64,000 nucleotides of DNA, from positions 1,157 through 65,156 of the forward strand of contig JAEYQO010000104.1 of the NCBI GenBank assembly GCA_023409975.1. The letters run 5' to 3'. A program made the translations under genes and the position numbers. Below, piece by piece: positions 8,136 through 16,747 of the stretch (position 1 is the stretch's first letter; each line of letters begins with the position of its first letter). The DNA comes from Bacteroidota bacterium. Lineage in GTDB: Bacteria > Bacteroidota > Bacteroidia > Chitinophagales > Chitinophagaceae. The notes beneath the pieces are model-generated. The model made no database searches, was not told where the DNA came from, and saw nothing but the letters and a program-made list of their open reading frames with translations.

Positions 8136-8168
8136 CTGTCTCTGAACTGAGAGACAGCCTTTTTTTTG
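8136..8168 (+). terminator. Intrinsic terminator-like hairpin with T8 run (plus-strand sense)
   Basis: AGGCTGTCTC-(8 nt)-GAGACAGCCT followed by tttttttt. The stem starts at 8133 and overlaps by 3 nt a second 10-bp hairpin (8107-8116 / 8126-8135). Both flanking genes are on the minus strand. Confidence 0.45.
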
Positions 8169-8265
8169 CGGGTGTCGGATGGAAACCCGCTGGCTTTCAT
8201 ACGATTCCCGATGCCTCATTTCCGTTTTTTGATACAGCCCTTTTGCCAGTGGCTGTGTTAATGCC

Positions 8266-9063
8266 CTATTTCCGGATGAATCGTTGCTGTTGATTTCCAA
8301 AGCGGATGAGATATATGCCGCCTGGGAGGTTCATCAGGGATGCTCTGCCCGTAGGGAAGGGGACGGATTGGAGCACTTTCCCCGAAAGATCTAGAATCTC
8401 AACCTTGTCGGTGCTTTTTATCCCTGATGTCGACCACTGAATAAAGTCACCGGCAGGATTCGGAGCCACCTCGAATGTTTCAGCTCTGCTGATAGGTCCT
8501 ATATTATTGGTTCCGGGGAGAACGGTAATATCATCGAAAGCAACTGCATACCAATTGTTGAAGGTCGTATACCGGAAAACCAGGCGACCATTACCAGGTA
8601 CAGCCGGTATCGGCAGCGTAGTATCCCGGAAATTCCTGGAATTATGCTCAAGGGATATCAGATCAGCCAGCAGATAGTCAGTGCCGTTCGATCGTAAGAT
8701 CACCTGAATACTATCCGCGCTCCATGCGCCCCCGAAAGTGAATACATTGAAGCTGAACTGGAGCTCCCCACCGTCCGTAAAGTCAAATAACGGCGAAATA
8801 GCCTCGTCAACGGAAAGCACGTCCGGGTCATTGAACAAGCCTGAGGGGTGCTGAAGGCAATTCGGAGCTGAAGTGGGAACATAACCGTCCATATAATCCT
8901 CAGCATAACCAAATCCGTGTCCGGCAACTGCACCATGTCTGACCATCGTCCAACCCTGTTTTTGTGAAGGCGAATCAAAGCCTGTAGTGTAGGGGAGCGG
9001 TGTTTGCGCTGTAAGGCTGGTAGGTAACGCAAACAACGCAACAAGTAATAGATGTCTTTTCAT
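8266..9063 (-). CDS. Secreted beta-sandwich protein (choice-of-anchor-J/MAM-like, uncertain) with T9SS type-A C-terminal domain
   Basis: Signal peptide MKRHLLLVALFALPTSLTAQ; C-terminal FEVAPNPAGDFIQW...GGIYLIRFGNQQQRFIRK. Confidence 0.7.
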   Translation of the reverse strand: MKRHLLLVALFALPTSLTAQTPLPYTTGFDSPSQKQGWTMVRHGAVAGHGFGYAEDYMDGYVPTSAPNCLQHPSGLFNDPDVLSVDEAISPLFDFTDGGELQFSFNVFTFGGAWSADSIQVILRSNGTDYLLADLISLEHNSRNFRDTTLPIPAVPGNGRLVFRYTTFNNWYAVAFDDITVLPGTNNIGPISRAETFEVAPNPAGDFIQWSTSGIKSTDKVEILDLSGKVLQSVPFPTGRASLMNLPGGIYLIRFGNQQQRFIRK

Positions 9064-9314
9064 AAAATGGAAACTTTAGTATTGATGAATTGGCTCGTTA
9101 GACTGTCAGTTCAGTGTGTTTGTTGGCTTCCAGTTCCAAAAATTCGTTGAAATGACCCTGCGATGACCTGGATAGTACCCATGCGACAAAACCTACTGAC
9201 GTAGGCGCGGCCCCGCCCCCACAAGCACAGGATTGGGCTGAAATCCTTAATTTACTTCCGTTTCATACCGGAGATATATTCGGGAACCCCGTATTACTAT
9301 TAAAACATTGCTTA

Positions 9315-9884
9315 ATGCTTTCTGTGAGAATAAAAAGCGAAACCCTGGAGGAACACCAACAGGCTGAAGCCCAATTATTGCCTTTTCTGAATTCCATCCA
9401 AACCCGCGACCAATACATACAACTGCTCCAAAGTTTCCTGCAATTTTATCAGCCATTGGAAAATTTAATACATGCTGCGCTGACCCCAGAGCAATTGCCA
9501 GACCTACACGAACGCAGGCATGCACACCGGCTGCTTTCAGACCTCAGGGAACTGAATGCTGCAGAGGGTCTCCTGCCGGTGCCGGTCCGTGATACCCTTA
9601 CTGCTCCCGGTGCCTGGGGCGCTCTTTATGTACAGGAAGGATCCACACTGGGAGGTCAGTATATCAGTCGACTTTTACTGAAGAATGAGGCGCTCCGTCT
9701 GACACCTGCCCAGGTATCGTTTTTTAGTGGATATGGTAGTCAGACCGGCACCCGGTGGAAACTGTTTCAGGAATCCCTCAATAAACAGCGGGACGAAGAT
9801 GCCATCATTGCTGCCGCAAAACATACTTTTTTACTTTTTCAAAACCATCTGAATGCAACCCTTAACTTTTTCGTCACTCGCTGA
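9315..9884 (+). CDS. bphO: Heme oxygenase (biliverdin-producing, BphO-type)
   Basis: LSVRIKSETLEEHQQAE (proximal-His region), ...YIQLLQSFLQFYQPLE..., GALYVQEGSTLGGQYIS (the distal-helix G..YV.EGS.LGG motif of HO). Its end overlaps the phytochrome start by 32 nt. Confidence 0.8.
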   Translation: MLSVRIKSETLEEHQQAEAQLLPFLNSIQTRDQYIQLLQSFLQFYQPLENLIHAALTPEQLPDLHERRHAHRLLSDLRELNAAEGLLPVPVRDTLTAPGAWGALYVQEGSTLGGQYISRLLLKNEALRLTPAQVSFFSGYGSQTGTRWKLFQESLNKQRDEDAIIAAAKHTFLLFQNHLNATLNFFVTR

Positions 9885-11382
9885 ACAGGATGCTGAATTC
9901 TGCGGGAAGGTACCGCTCCATCAGACCAATCTGCTGCAGCCACACGCCTGCCTGTTCCTTGTACGCCAGTCAGATCTGGTCATCATTCAGGTCGGGGAGA
10001 ACTGCGCCAGCCTGCTTCAGACAACCGCTGATCAGATTATCGGACAATCGCTGTCGCAATTCCTTCAACCGCAGCACCTCGCCCAGATCAGGGATCAACA
10101 GGTGTCGGAAAGTCTACCGTATCCTTTCGCTGTTGGGGAAGCCATCCATCATGCGGCCATTAAAAAGTCCGGCGATCTGCTATTTGTCGAGGTGGAAAAT
10201 TCACCCTATGATCGCGGAATCAATTCTTTTAAAGATATCTACCGCGACCTTAAGCATATCGCGGCTGAAATGGAACGTGCAGAATGCACGGATCAGCTCT
10301 GTGAGACGGCGGCAAGAGAGCTGAAGCGGATTTCTGGTTTTGATAAAGTGATGATTTATCAGTTTGATCAGGACTGGAATGGAGATGTGGTAGCCGAGGC
10401 TCTTGAGGAAGGAATGGATAGCTACATGGGTCTAAAGTTTCCTGCCTCCGACATTCCTCGGCAGGCCAGAGAGCTGTATAAAACAACACCCTACCGGGTC
10501 ATACCCGCTGTGGATTATGAACCGGTAAAGCTTTATCCGTTACTGAATCCCGAGACGCAGACGTTTACCGACCTGTCCGCCTGCAACCTGCGTAGCGTAG
10601 CGCAGGTCCATCTCGAGTACCTGCGGAATATGGGTGTCCAGGCGTCCATGTCAACACGTATTATGCTGAATGGTGAGCTCTGGGGGCTGATCGCCTGTCA
10701 CCACCGGCAGCCTCACGATCCGGGCTACGAGATCTGCTCGCAACTGGAGCTTTTGAGCATGCTGATTTCCAGCAAACTTTCTGCAATGCAGCTCAAGGAC
10801 GTATTTACTTACAAGAACGGACGCCAGCAGTTGCTCACAGATTTCCTGGAAGACCTTTTTGGTTCACAGGATCTGTTTCAGGCGGCTGAAAAAAATCAGG
10901 AGGAGCTGCTCCGGCTTCTGGCCGCGGAGGGTGTGGCTGTTTGTGCGAACCATAAGGTGCGAACGTTCGGTGAAGCGCCTCCACCGCATGTGGTAGAAGA
11001 ACTTTTGTTCTGGCTTCGGGCAAAACAGGTGACCGGGATTTATACACAGAACGCACTGCCGCAGCATATGGATGAAATGCAGCCGTACGCCGGGGTTGCT
11101 ACGGGTGTAATCGCATTACCTATTCAGCCTTCCCGCAATATATTTATTCTTGGCTTCAGGCCGGAGGCGGTTAAAGAAGTGCAATGGGCAGGTAACCCCT
11201 ACGAATCCATACAGATGGAGCCGGGAGAGAAGCGATATCATCCCCGGGCATCTTTCCGGTCCTGGCAGGAACAGGTGCATCACACCGCTACCGACTGGAA
11301 CAGGGAACAGCTGGATGTTGCAGAAAGTCTGAGGCAGGCTGTGGTGGAATATTATTTGAATTTCATTCAATCTTCCAATTAA
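9853..11382 (+). CDS. bphP: Bacteriophytochrome photosensory core (PAS-GAF-PHY) without an output domain
   Basis: N-terminal Cys17 in EFCGKVPLHQTNLLQPHA (compare CEREPIHIPGSIQPHG). GAF: DKVMIYQFDQDWNGDVVAE, FPASDIPRQARELY, LRSVAQVHLEYLRNMG, ELWGLIACHH. PHY tongue: WAGNP and HPRASFRSWQE. The protein stops about 25 aa after the tongue region (..SLRQAVVEYYLNFIQSSN*). Confidence 0.85.
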   Translation: MQPLTFSSLAEQDAEFCGKVPLHQTNLLQPHACLFLVRQSDLVIIQVGENCASLLQTTADQIIGQSLSQFLQPQHLAQIRDQQVSESLPYPFAVGEAIHHAAIKKSGDLLFVEVENSPYDRGINSFKDIYRDLKHIAAEMERAECTDQLCETAARELKRISGFDKVMIYQFDQDWNGDVVAEALEEGMDSYMGLKFPASDIPRQARELYKTTPYRVIPAVDYEPVKLYPLLNPETQTFTDLSACNLRSVAQVHLEYLRNMGVQASMSTRIMLNGELWGLIACHHRQPHDPGYEICSQLELLSMLISSKLSAMQLKDVFTYKNGRQQLLTDFLEDLFGSQDLFQAAEKNQEELLRLLAAEGVAVCANHKVRTFGEAPPPHVVEELLFWLRAKQVTGIYTQNALPQHMDEMQPYAGVATGVIALPIQPSRNIFILGFRPEAVKEVQWAGNPYESIQMEPGEKRYHPRASFRSWQEQVHHTATDWNREQLDVAESLRQAVVEYYLNFIQSSN

Positions 11383-11400
11383 TAGCTGTTATTTTCAAGT

Positions 11401-14400
11401 ATGCGTAAAGGAAGCAGTTCGCAGGAAAACACCGAGGTGAAGGAACGCTCTTTGGAAAAAAACTATGTGGTAGCAATAGGGGCGTCTGCAGGCGGATTGG
11501 AGGCGATCAATGAGTTCTTCGACAATATGCCGGCTACACGCCACCTTTCCTTCATCATCATCCAGCACCTTTCGCCGCAGCATAAGAGCCTGCTGGTGGA
11601 GCTGATCTCCCGTCACACGGAGATGCCCGTGAAAGAAGCGTCTCAGGAAGAGCGGATCCGCCCGGGACATGTTTATGTGATCCCCAATAATAAAGTCATT
11701 ACTGTAGTCAACGGTCAACTCAAGCTGGAGGATAAGTCCTTTGTAAAGGCACCGAATACGGCGATCGATATTTTCCTGAAATCACTGGCGGATGATATGA
11801 GAGACCGCAGTATTGCGGTTATACTTTCCGGAACTGGTACGGACGGAAGCAGGGGGATTCAGGATATTAAGACGGCGAACGGCCTGGTGCTATCGCAGGA
11901 CCCTGCCTCCGCACAGTTTGATGGTATGCCTAATAGTGCCATCGCAACTGGATTCGTCGACTTCATTCTGCCGCCCGAACTGATGCCTGAAACGATTTTT
12001 GATCATATTGACGAGTCTCCGAAAATTGAGCAGCAGGATGAACACCAGCCTGCTGAGTCTGATCTGCCGGGCGTATTGAAGCTGGTGGAGCAGCAATGTC
12101 AGCATGATTTCACTAACTATAAGGCAGCCACACTGCTGCGCAGGATCTACCGGCGCATGATCTCACAGGGGATTAATCATTTCCCGGACTACAGGAAGCT
12201 ACTGGAAACCTCAGCTGAAGAATGTGAAAACCTCGGTAAGGACTTCCTGATCGGTGTCACAAAGTTCTTCAGGGATAACTCCGCTTTCCAGGCCCTGCAA
12301 CAAAAAGTGCTGATCCCACTCATCCGGGAGAAAGCCGATAACGAACTGTTGAAAGTATGGGTAACCGCCTGCAGTACCGGACAGGAGGTGTACAGCCTTG
12401 CAATCCTGATCAATGAACTGATCGAAAGGGAAGGGAAGAACCTGGGGGTAAAGCTTTTTGCGACCGATGTGGATGCCGGGGCAATTGAAACCGCAGCGAA
12501 GGGTGTCTATTCCGCAGAGCAAATGGAGGATGTGCCAAAGCCGCTGCGTGACCGATATTTCATTTCCGACGGCCGGAATTTCGTCATACAGCCTCAGTAT
12601 CGTAAACAGATCGTATTCACCAGACATAACGTGATCAAGGACCCGCCCTTTATCAAAAATGATCTGGTGACCTGCCGCAATATGCTCATCTATATGAATC
12701 CGGCGCTGCAGCAGAAGGTATTGTCGACACTGGAGTTCTCGCTGAATACCGGAGGGTACCTCTTTCTTGGACCCAGCGAGGTGCCGGGTTCCGGACACGC
12801 TTTGGAAACGGTGGATGTGAAATGGAAAATATTCCGGAAACTTGAAGCGAGTGATGGATATAGGCCGGAGCGGACGCCTTCCGTACAGATACAGACCAGG
12901 AAAGCCTCGCCGGTCGCTACGAGAAAGCTTTCGCCTCTGGAAGAGCTATTTAAAAGCACGTTGATAGAACATTACGGTTTTGCAGCTCTTACTATTGATA
13001 AGAATTTCGATCTAAAAGAGGCTATCGGGGATTATAAGAAATACCTGTCACTGCCGGAAAAGCAGTTCTCACTGAACATCCTGAAAATGGTGCCGCCAGA
13101 GCTTTCCTTGAGTATTTCAGCCGCAGTCAGAAAGGCTATGAAGGAAGAAAAGGAGGTTACCATTCCTCAACTTTTTATCAGTGAAACCGGTGAGCGGGTT
13201 CAGATGCTGGTGCGGCCTTTCCCGGGCGGCACACAGGCCATGTTGCTCCTGGCACGTGCAGAAAACCTTCATGCTCCCGCTGCAGAACCGATAGAGCCAC
13301 TGAATCCTTCTGATGCCGCCTACGTGAAGGAACTGCAGGAGGAGCTGAAGGAAACACGACTGAACCTTCAAGTGGCCCTGGAAAGCCAGGAAACAGCCAA
13401 CGAAGAACTGCAAAGCAGCAACGAAGAACTACTGTCGGCCAATGAAGAGCTGCAGAGCAGTAACGAGGAGTTGCAGTCACTGAATGAGGAACTGCATACA
13501 CTCAATACGGAGCACCAGTTACGCATCAAAGAGTTGGTTGAGCTGACGGATGATCTGAATAACTATTTCAGTAGTACGCACATCGCCCAGATCTTTGTTG
13601 ATGGAGATCTGCGGATCCGTAAGTTCAATCCGGCTGCACAGGAGGTTATCAACCTGATAGAAGATGATATCGGACGTCCGATTCAGCATATTTCGAGTAA
13701 TATCACCAATGCCCCCCACTTTCCCGATGAGATTCAGAAAGTGATCGCGAGCCGGCAATCAGTGGAGCGGGAAGTGCAGTTGTTCAATGGTCACGCGCTT
13801 TCTCTGCGGATCTTTCCTTTTGTACGAAAGGACAAATCGGTTGACGGGGCAGTAATTACCTTGTATGATATCACTGCGATCAAAGAACTCAATGCTATTG
13901 TAAAGGCGGTATACAATGCCTCACTCAGCGCCACCCTTGCGCTGAAGGTAGTTCGCAGAAATGACAAGGTTTCCGGTTTTGAGGTGCTTTCGGCCAATCC
14001 TGCTACCGCTTTGCTATTACAGGGTAGTTTTACGGAGATCATCGGCAAAAACCTGAAAGACGTTTTGCCTTCGCTGCACCAGATGGGATTGACTGCGAAA
14101 TGCCAGCAGGTACTGGAAAGCGGCAGTCCGCATCATGAAGAGATTTTTCTCGCTAATGGTCAGCCACAAGGCTGGTTCGACCTTACAATTACGCAAATCA
14201 TAGATGGAGTCGTTATCTCCCTGCTGGACATCAGCGAAAGAAAGCGAAATGAAGAGCGTTTCAGGCAGAACTATCAGGAGCTGGTGAATACCCGCGAAAG
14301 TCTTCGTCAGCTGAATACCCAATTGGAACAGGTGGTAGCCTCGAGGACAGGGGAACTCCGACAGAGTGAAGAGCGATTCCGTATCGTGGCTTCCAGTATC

Positions 14401-16362
14401 AGCAGTGCCATCTATGACCGGGACCTCGTGAATAACAGGATATGGTGGAGCGAATCGTTTTATAAATGGCTGGGCCATGAGGAAACCCCCGAACTATCCC
14501 AGCCATCCTCCTGGCTCAACCTTGTGCATCCTGACGACCGAAAACGGGTGGAGGAAGCCTGGTCTGCACTGCTTCTTAATAACGGACAATGGGAACAGAC
14601 CTACCGTCTGAAAAGCAGGGATGGAAATTATATTGCTGTTGAAGATAAAGGCACCCTGCTTACCAGTGAAGCCGGGATTCCTTTTCGACTTATCGGTGCA
14701 CTGACCGATCTTTCGATTGCAGAACTCAAACAGCAGAACAGGCAGCTTCAACTGACCAATGATGAGCTGGAAAGGCAGGTTCAAAAAAGGACCCGGGATC
14801 TGGCAGAGCAGAAAGCCGTATTACAGGATCTGTTCATGAGGGCACCGGCGATGATCTGTATCCTCAGAGGGGAAAGCCTGGTGTTCGAGCTGGTAAATCC
14901 GCAGTATCAGAAGATGTTCCCACACCGGGAATTGAAAGGTAAATCGGTCTGGGACGCGTTACCGGAAATCAAAGGACAGCCCATCGAAAAGATATTGCAG
15001 CAGGTATATGAGAAGGGTGAAACTGCGGTAGAAAATGAATTCAGGGTAGAGTTGACGCGGGCTGGGGATGGTTCGCTGGAAGAATCCTTTTTCAATTTTG
15101 TTTATCAACCGACATTTGACGAAGAAGGAAAAGTGGATGGGATTCTGGTATTTGCCTATGAGGTGACAGAACAAATGTTGGCACGCCGGGCAGTACAACA
15201 GGCCAACGAAGAACTGAGACAATTGAACCGTGAGTTCCAGTTTGTTACCGATTTTATGCCTCAACTGGTTTGGTCTACACAGCCGGATGGTTATCACGAT
15301 TTCTACAACCGGCGCTGGTATGAATACACAGGATTGAGCTACGAAAGAACCAAAGGGGAAGGGTGGAACGCTGTTTTGCATCCGGAAGACCAGGACAGGT
15401 CCTGGGAATTATGGAAGAAGAGTCTGGAGACGGGGGAAGTCTATGAGGTGGAATACCGGTTCCGGAGATACGACGGCGAATATCGCTGGTTTCTGGGAAG
15501 AGCGCTCCCTCTGAGAGATGACAACGGAACCATCCTGAAATGGTTTGGGACCTGCACGGACATCCATGATCAGAAGATTATGAACGAACTCCTGGAGGAA
15601 CGGGTGAAAGAACGTACTTCTGAACTGGAGGCCGCCAATGCGGAGCTCACCCAGTTTGCTTCCATCGCCAGTCATGATCTTAAGGAGCCTGTCCGAAAGG
15701 TGATCATTTTCAGCCATGCTTTGAGAGATCTTCATGAGAAAGATCTGAACGAGAAAGCGCTTCGCTACCTCGAAAGAATCATCACTTCCGCAACACGGAT
15801 GAATCAGCTGGTGACGGATCTGCTGGACTTCACCGGTCTGAGTAATGTAAACTTCCAGACTGAAGTGGTGGATCTGAATGAGCTGCTTGCTGGGGTTCTT
15901 GGTGACCTGGAGCTTAAGATTCAGGAGACAGAAGCTGAGATAGAAATAGGCCCACTTCCTGAAATAGAACTGATTCCTGCTCAGATACGGCAGGTGTTTC
16001 AGAATCTGATCTCCAATTCATTAAAGTTCAGGCGCGGGGAAGTTCCGCTGCTCGTGCGGGTTGAAGCTCAGCGCGTCTCAGATCTTTCCTTTACCAGCAC
16101 CCAGACCAGGGAAGGTGCCTATGTACGGATCCGCGTGGAGGATAATGGCATCGGCTTCGATAATGAGTATGCGGAGAGGATCTTTAAGATGTATCAGCGA
16201 TTGCATTCAAAGGAAAGCTACGAGGGTACGGGCATTGGTCTGGCCATCGTCAAAAAGGTAATCGAAAACCACAAAGGCATCATACGCGCGCAGGGCAGGG
16301 AAGGTCATGGGGCTGTATTTGAGATCGTTCTGCCTTTGAGACAGAAGGAGGGTGCCAGGTAG
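11401..16362 (+). CDS. CheB methylesterase - CheR methyltransferase - coiled coil - multi-PAS - HisKA/HATPase sensor histidine kinase
   Basis: CheB: VVAIGASAGGLEAINEFF..IIIQHL..ILSGTGTDGS. CheR: DFTNYKAATLLRRIYRRM, VWVTACSTGQEVYSLAI, LFATDVDAGAIE, CRNMLIYMN. NEELxSx heptads, then several PAS modules. HisKA: FASIASHDLKEPVRK (His codon 15673-15675). HATPase: VEDNGIGF...GTGIGLAIVKKVIENHKG. Confidence 0.9.
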   Translation: MRKGSSSQENTEVKERSLEKNYVVAIGASAGGLEAINEFFDNMPATRHLSFIIIQHLSPQHKSLLVELISRHTEMPVKEASQEERIRPGHVYVIPNNKVITVVNGQLKLEDKSFVKAPNTAIDIFLKSLADDMRDRSIAVILSGTGTDGSRGIQDIKTANGLVLSQDPASAQFDGMPNSAIATGFVDFILPPELMPETIFDHIDESPKIEQQDEHQPAESDLPGVLKLVEQQCQHDFTNYKAATLLRRIYRRMISQGINHFPDYRKLLETSAEECENLGKDFLIGVTKFFRDNSAFQALQQKVLIPLIREKADNELLKVWVTACSTGQEVYSLAILINELIEREGKNLGVKLFATDVDAGAIETAAKGVYSAEQMEDVPKPLRDRYFISDGRNFVIQPQYRKQIVFTRHNVIKDPPFIKNDLVTCRNMLIYMNPALQQKVLSTLEFSLNTGGYLFLGPSEVPGSGHALETVDVKWKIFRKLEASDGYRPERTPSVQIQTRKASPVATRKLSPLEELFKSTLIEHYGFAALTIDKNFDLKEAIGDYKKYLSLPEKQFSLNILKMVPPELSLSISAAVRKAMKEEKEVTIPQLFISETGERVQMLVRPFPGGTQAMLLLARAENLHAPAAEPIEPLNPSDAAYVKELQEELKETRLNLQVALESQETANEELQSSNEELLSANEELQSSNEELQSLNEELHTLNTEHQLRIKELVELTDDLNNYFSSTHIAQIFVDGDLRIRKFNPAAQEVINLIEDDIGRPIQHISSNITNAPHFPDEIQKVIASRQSVEREVQLFNGHALSLRIFPFVRKDKSVDGAVITLYDITAIKELNAIVKAVYNASLSATLALKVVRRNDKVSGFEVLSANPATALLLQGSFTEIIGKNLKDVLPSLHQMGLTAKCQQVLESGSPHHEEIFLANGQPQGWFDLTITQIIDGVVISLLDISERKRNEERFRQNYQELVNTRESLRQLNTQLEQVVASRTGELRQSEERFRIVASSISSAIYDRDLVNNRIWWSESFYKWLGHEETPELSQPSSWLNLVHPDDRKRVEEAWSALLLNNGQWEQTYRLKSRDGNYIAVEDKGTLLTSEAGIPFRLIGALTDLSIAELKQQNRQLQLTNDELERQVQKRTRDLAEQKAVLQDLFMRAPAMICILRGESLVFELVNPQYQKMFPHRELKGKSVWDALPEIKGQPIEKILQQVYEKGETAVENEFRVELTRAGDGSLEESFFNFVYQPTFDEEGKVDGILVFAYEVTEQMLARRAVQQANEELRQLNREFQFVTDFMPQLVWSTQPDGYHDFYNRRWYEYTGLSYERTKGEGWNAVLHPEDQDRSWELWKKSLETGEVYEVEYRFRRYDGEYRWFLGRALPLRDDNGTILKWFGTCTDIHDQKIMNELLEERVKERTSELEAANAELTQFASIASHDLKEPVRKVIIFSHALRDLHEKDLNEKALRYLERIITSATRMNQLVTDLLDFTGLSNVNFQTEVVDLNELLAGVLGDLELKIQETEAEIEIGPLPEIELIPAQIRQVFQNLISNSLKFRRGEVPLLVRVEAQRVSDLSFTSTQTREGAYVRIRVEDNGIGFDNEYAERIFKMYQRLHSKESYEGTGIGLAIVKKVIENHKGIIRAQGREGHGAVFEIVLPLRQKEGAR
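13399..13503 (+). repeat. Five in-frame 21-nt repeats encoding the NEEL(Q/L)S(S/A) heptad coiled coil
   Basis: aacgaagaactgcaaagcagc / aacgaagaactactgtcggcc / aatgaagagctgcagagcagt / aacgaggagttgcagtcactg / aatgaggaactgcatacactc. Confidence 0.9.
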
Positions 16363-16747
16363 TGCGGCTGAGCAACCAGTAGCATCTATTGCTGTATAGC
16401 TCCCACCTCTTTGTTTTTCAGTAAGTTTGCATTTATGTTGAACCGTAACATCAAAAGGACTTCCGGAGCAGGCCACGTACGCGTTGTGCCTGACCTGAGA
16501 AATTATGTTACCTGGTCTTTTCCTGAGTTTGTGCCCTTCTGCGCGCAGCTTTTTTATTTCTCCTGCCTGAAGCGTTTCAGCGAAGGCTCCTCCTGTTAAT
16601 ACAGCACGTGTCACTGAATGCCCGGTTGATCAGTCCGGGCATATGGCTATTTAAGGCCTTCTAGTCGCACGTGTCATGTTTCCCCATCACCGGCCCTGCC
16701 CGTGCTGGGGCTTTCGTATGTATTGTTCACACCAAATCATAAATTTT

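Noticed and set aside
9190-9224. aacctactgac (also at 3464-3474) and cccccacaa (also at 3801-3809) upstream of bphO, which looked like a third copy of the repeat family.
   Set aside because: Exact matches of 9-11 nt are expected many times by chance in 64 kb. There is no tandem periodicity here, so I do not count it as a family member.
11380-11401. Possibility that the phytochrome and the downstream kinase are one gene split by a sequencing frameshift.
   Set aside because: The phytochrome frame ends in two consecutive stops (TAA TAG). The next ORF starts with its own ATG and an N-terminal CheB domain, not a DHp helix. A simple frameshift would therefore not restore a canonical BphP.
12211-12798. 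195-aa minus-strand ORF, and many other 60-150-aa ORFs inside 11401-16362.
   Set aside because: They are antisense or out of frame relative to a 1653-aa ORF with continuous domain homology.
16207-16614. 135-aa minus-strand ORF in the gap after the CheBR kinase.
   Set aside because: Its last 156 nt overlap the kinase 3' end in antisense. There is no recognisable family and the composition is odd. I cannot support it as a gene, although the 16363-16614 part lies in otherwise unassigned DNA.
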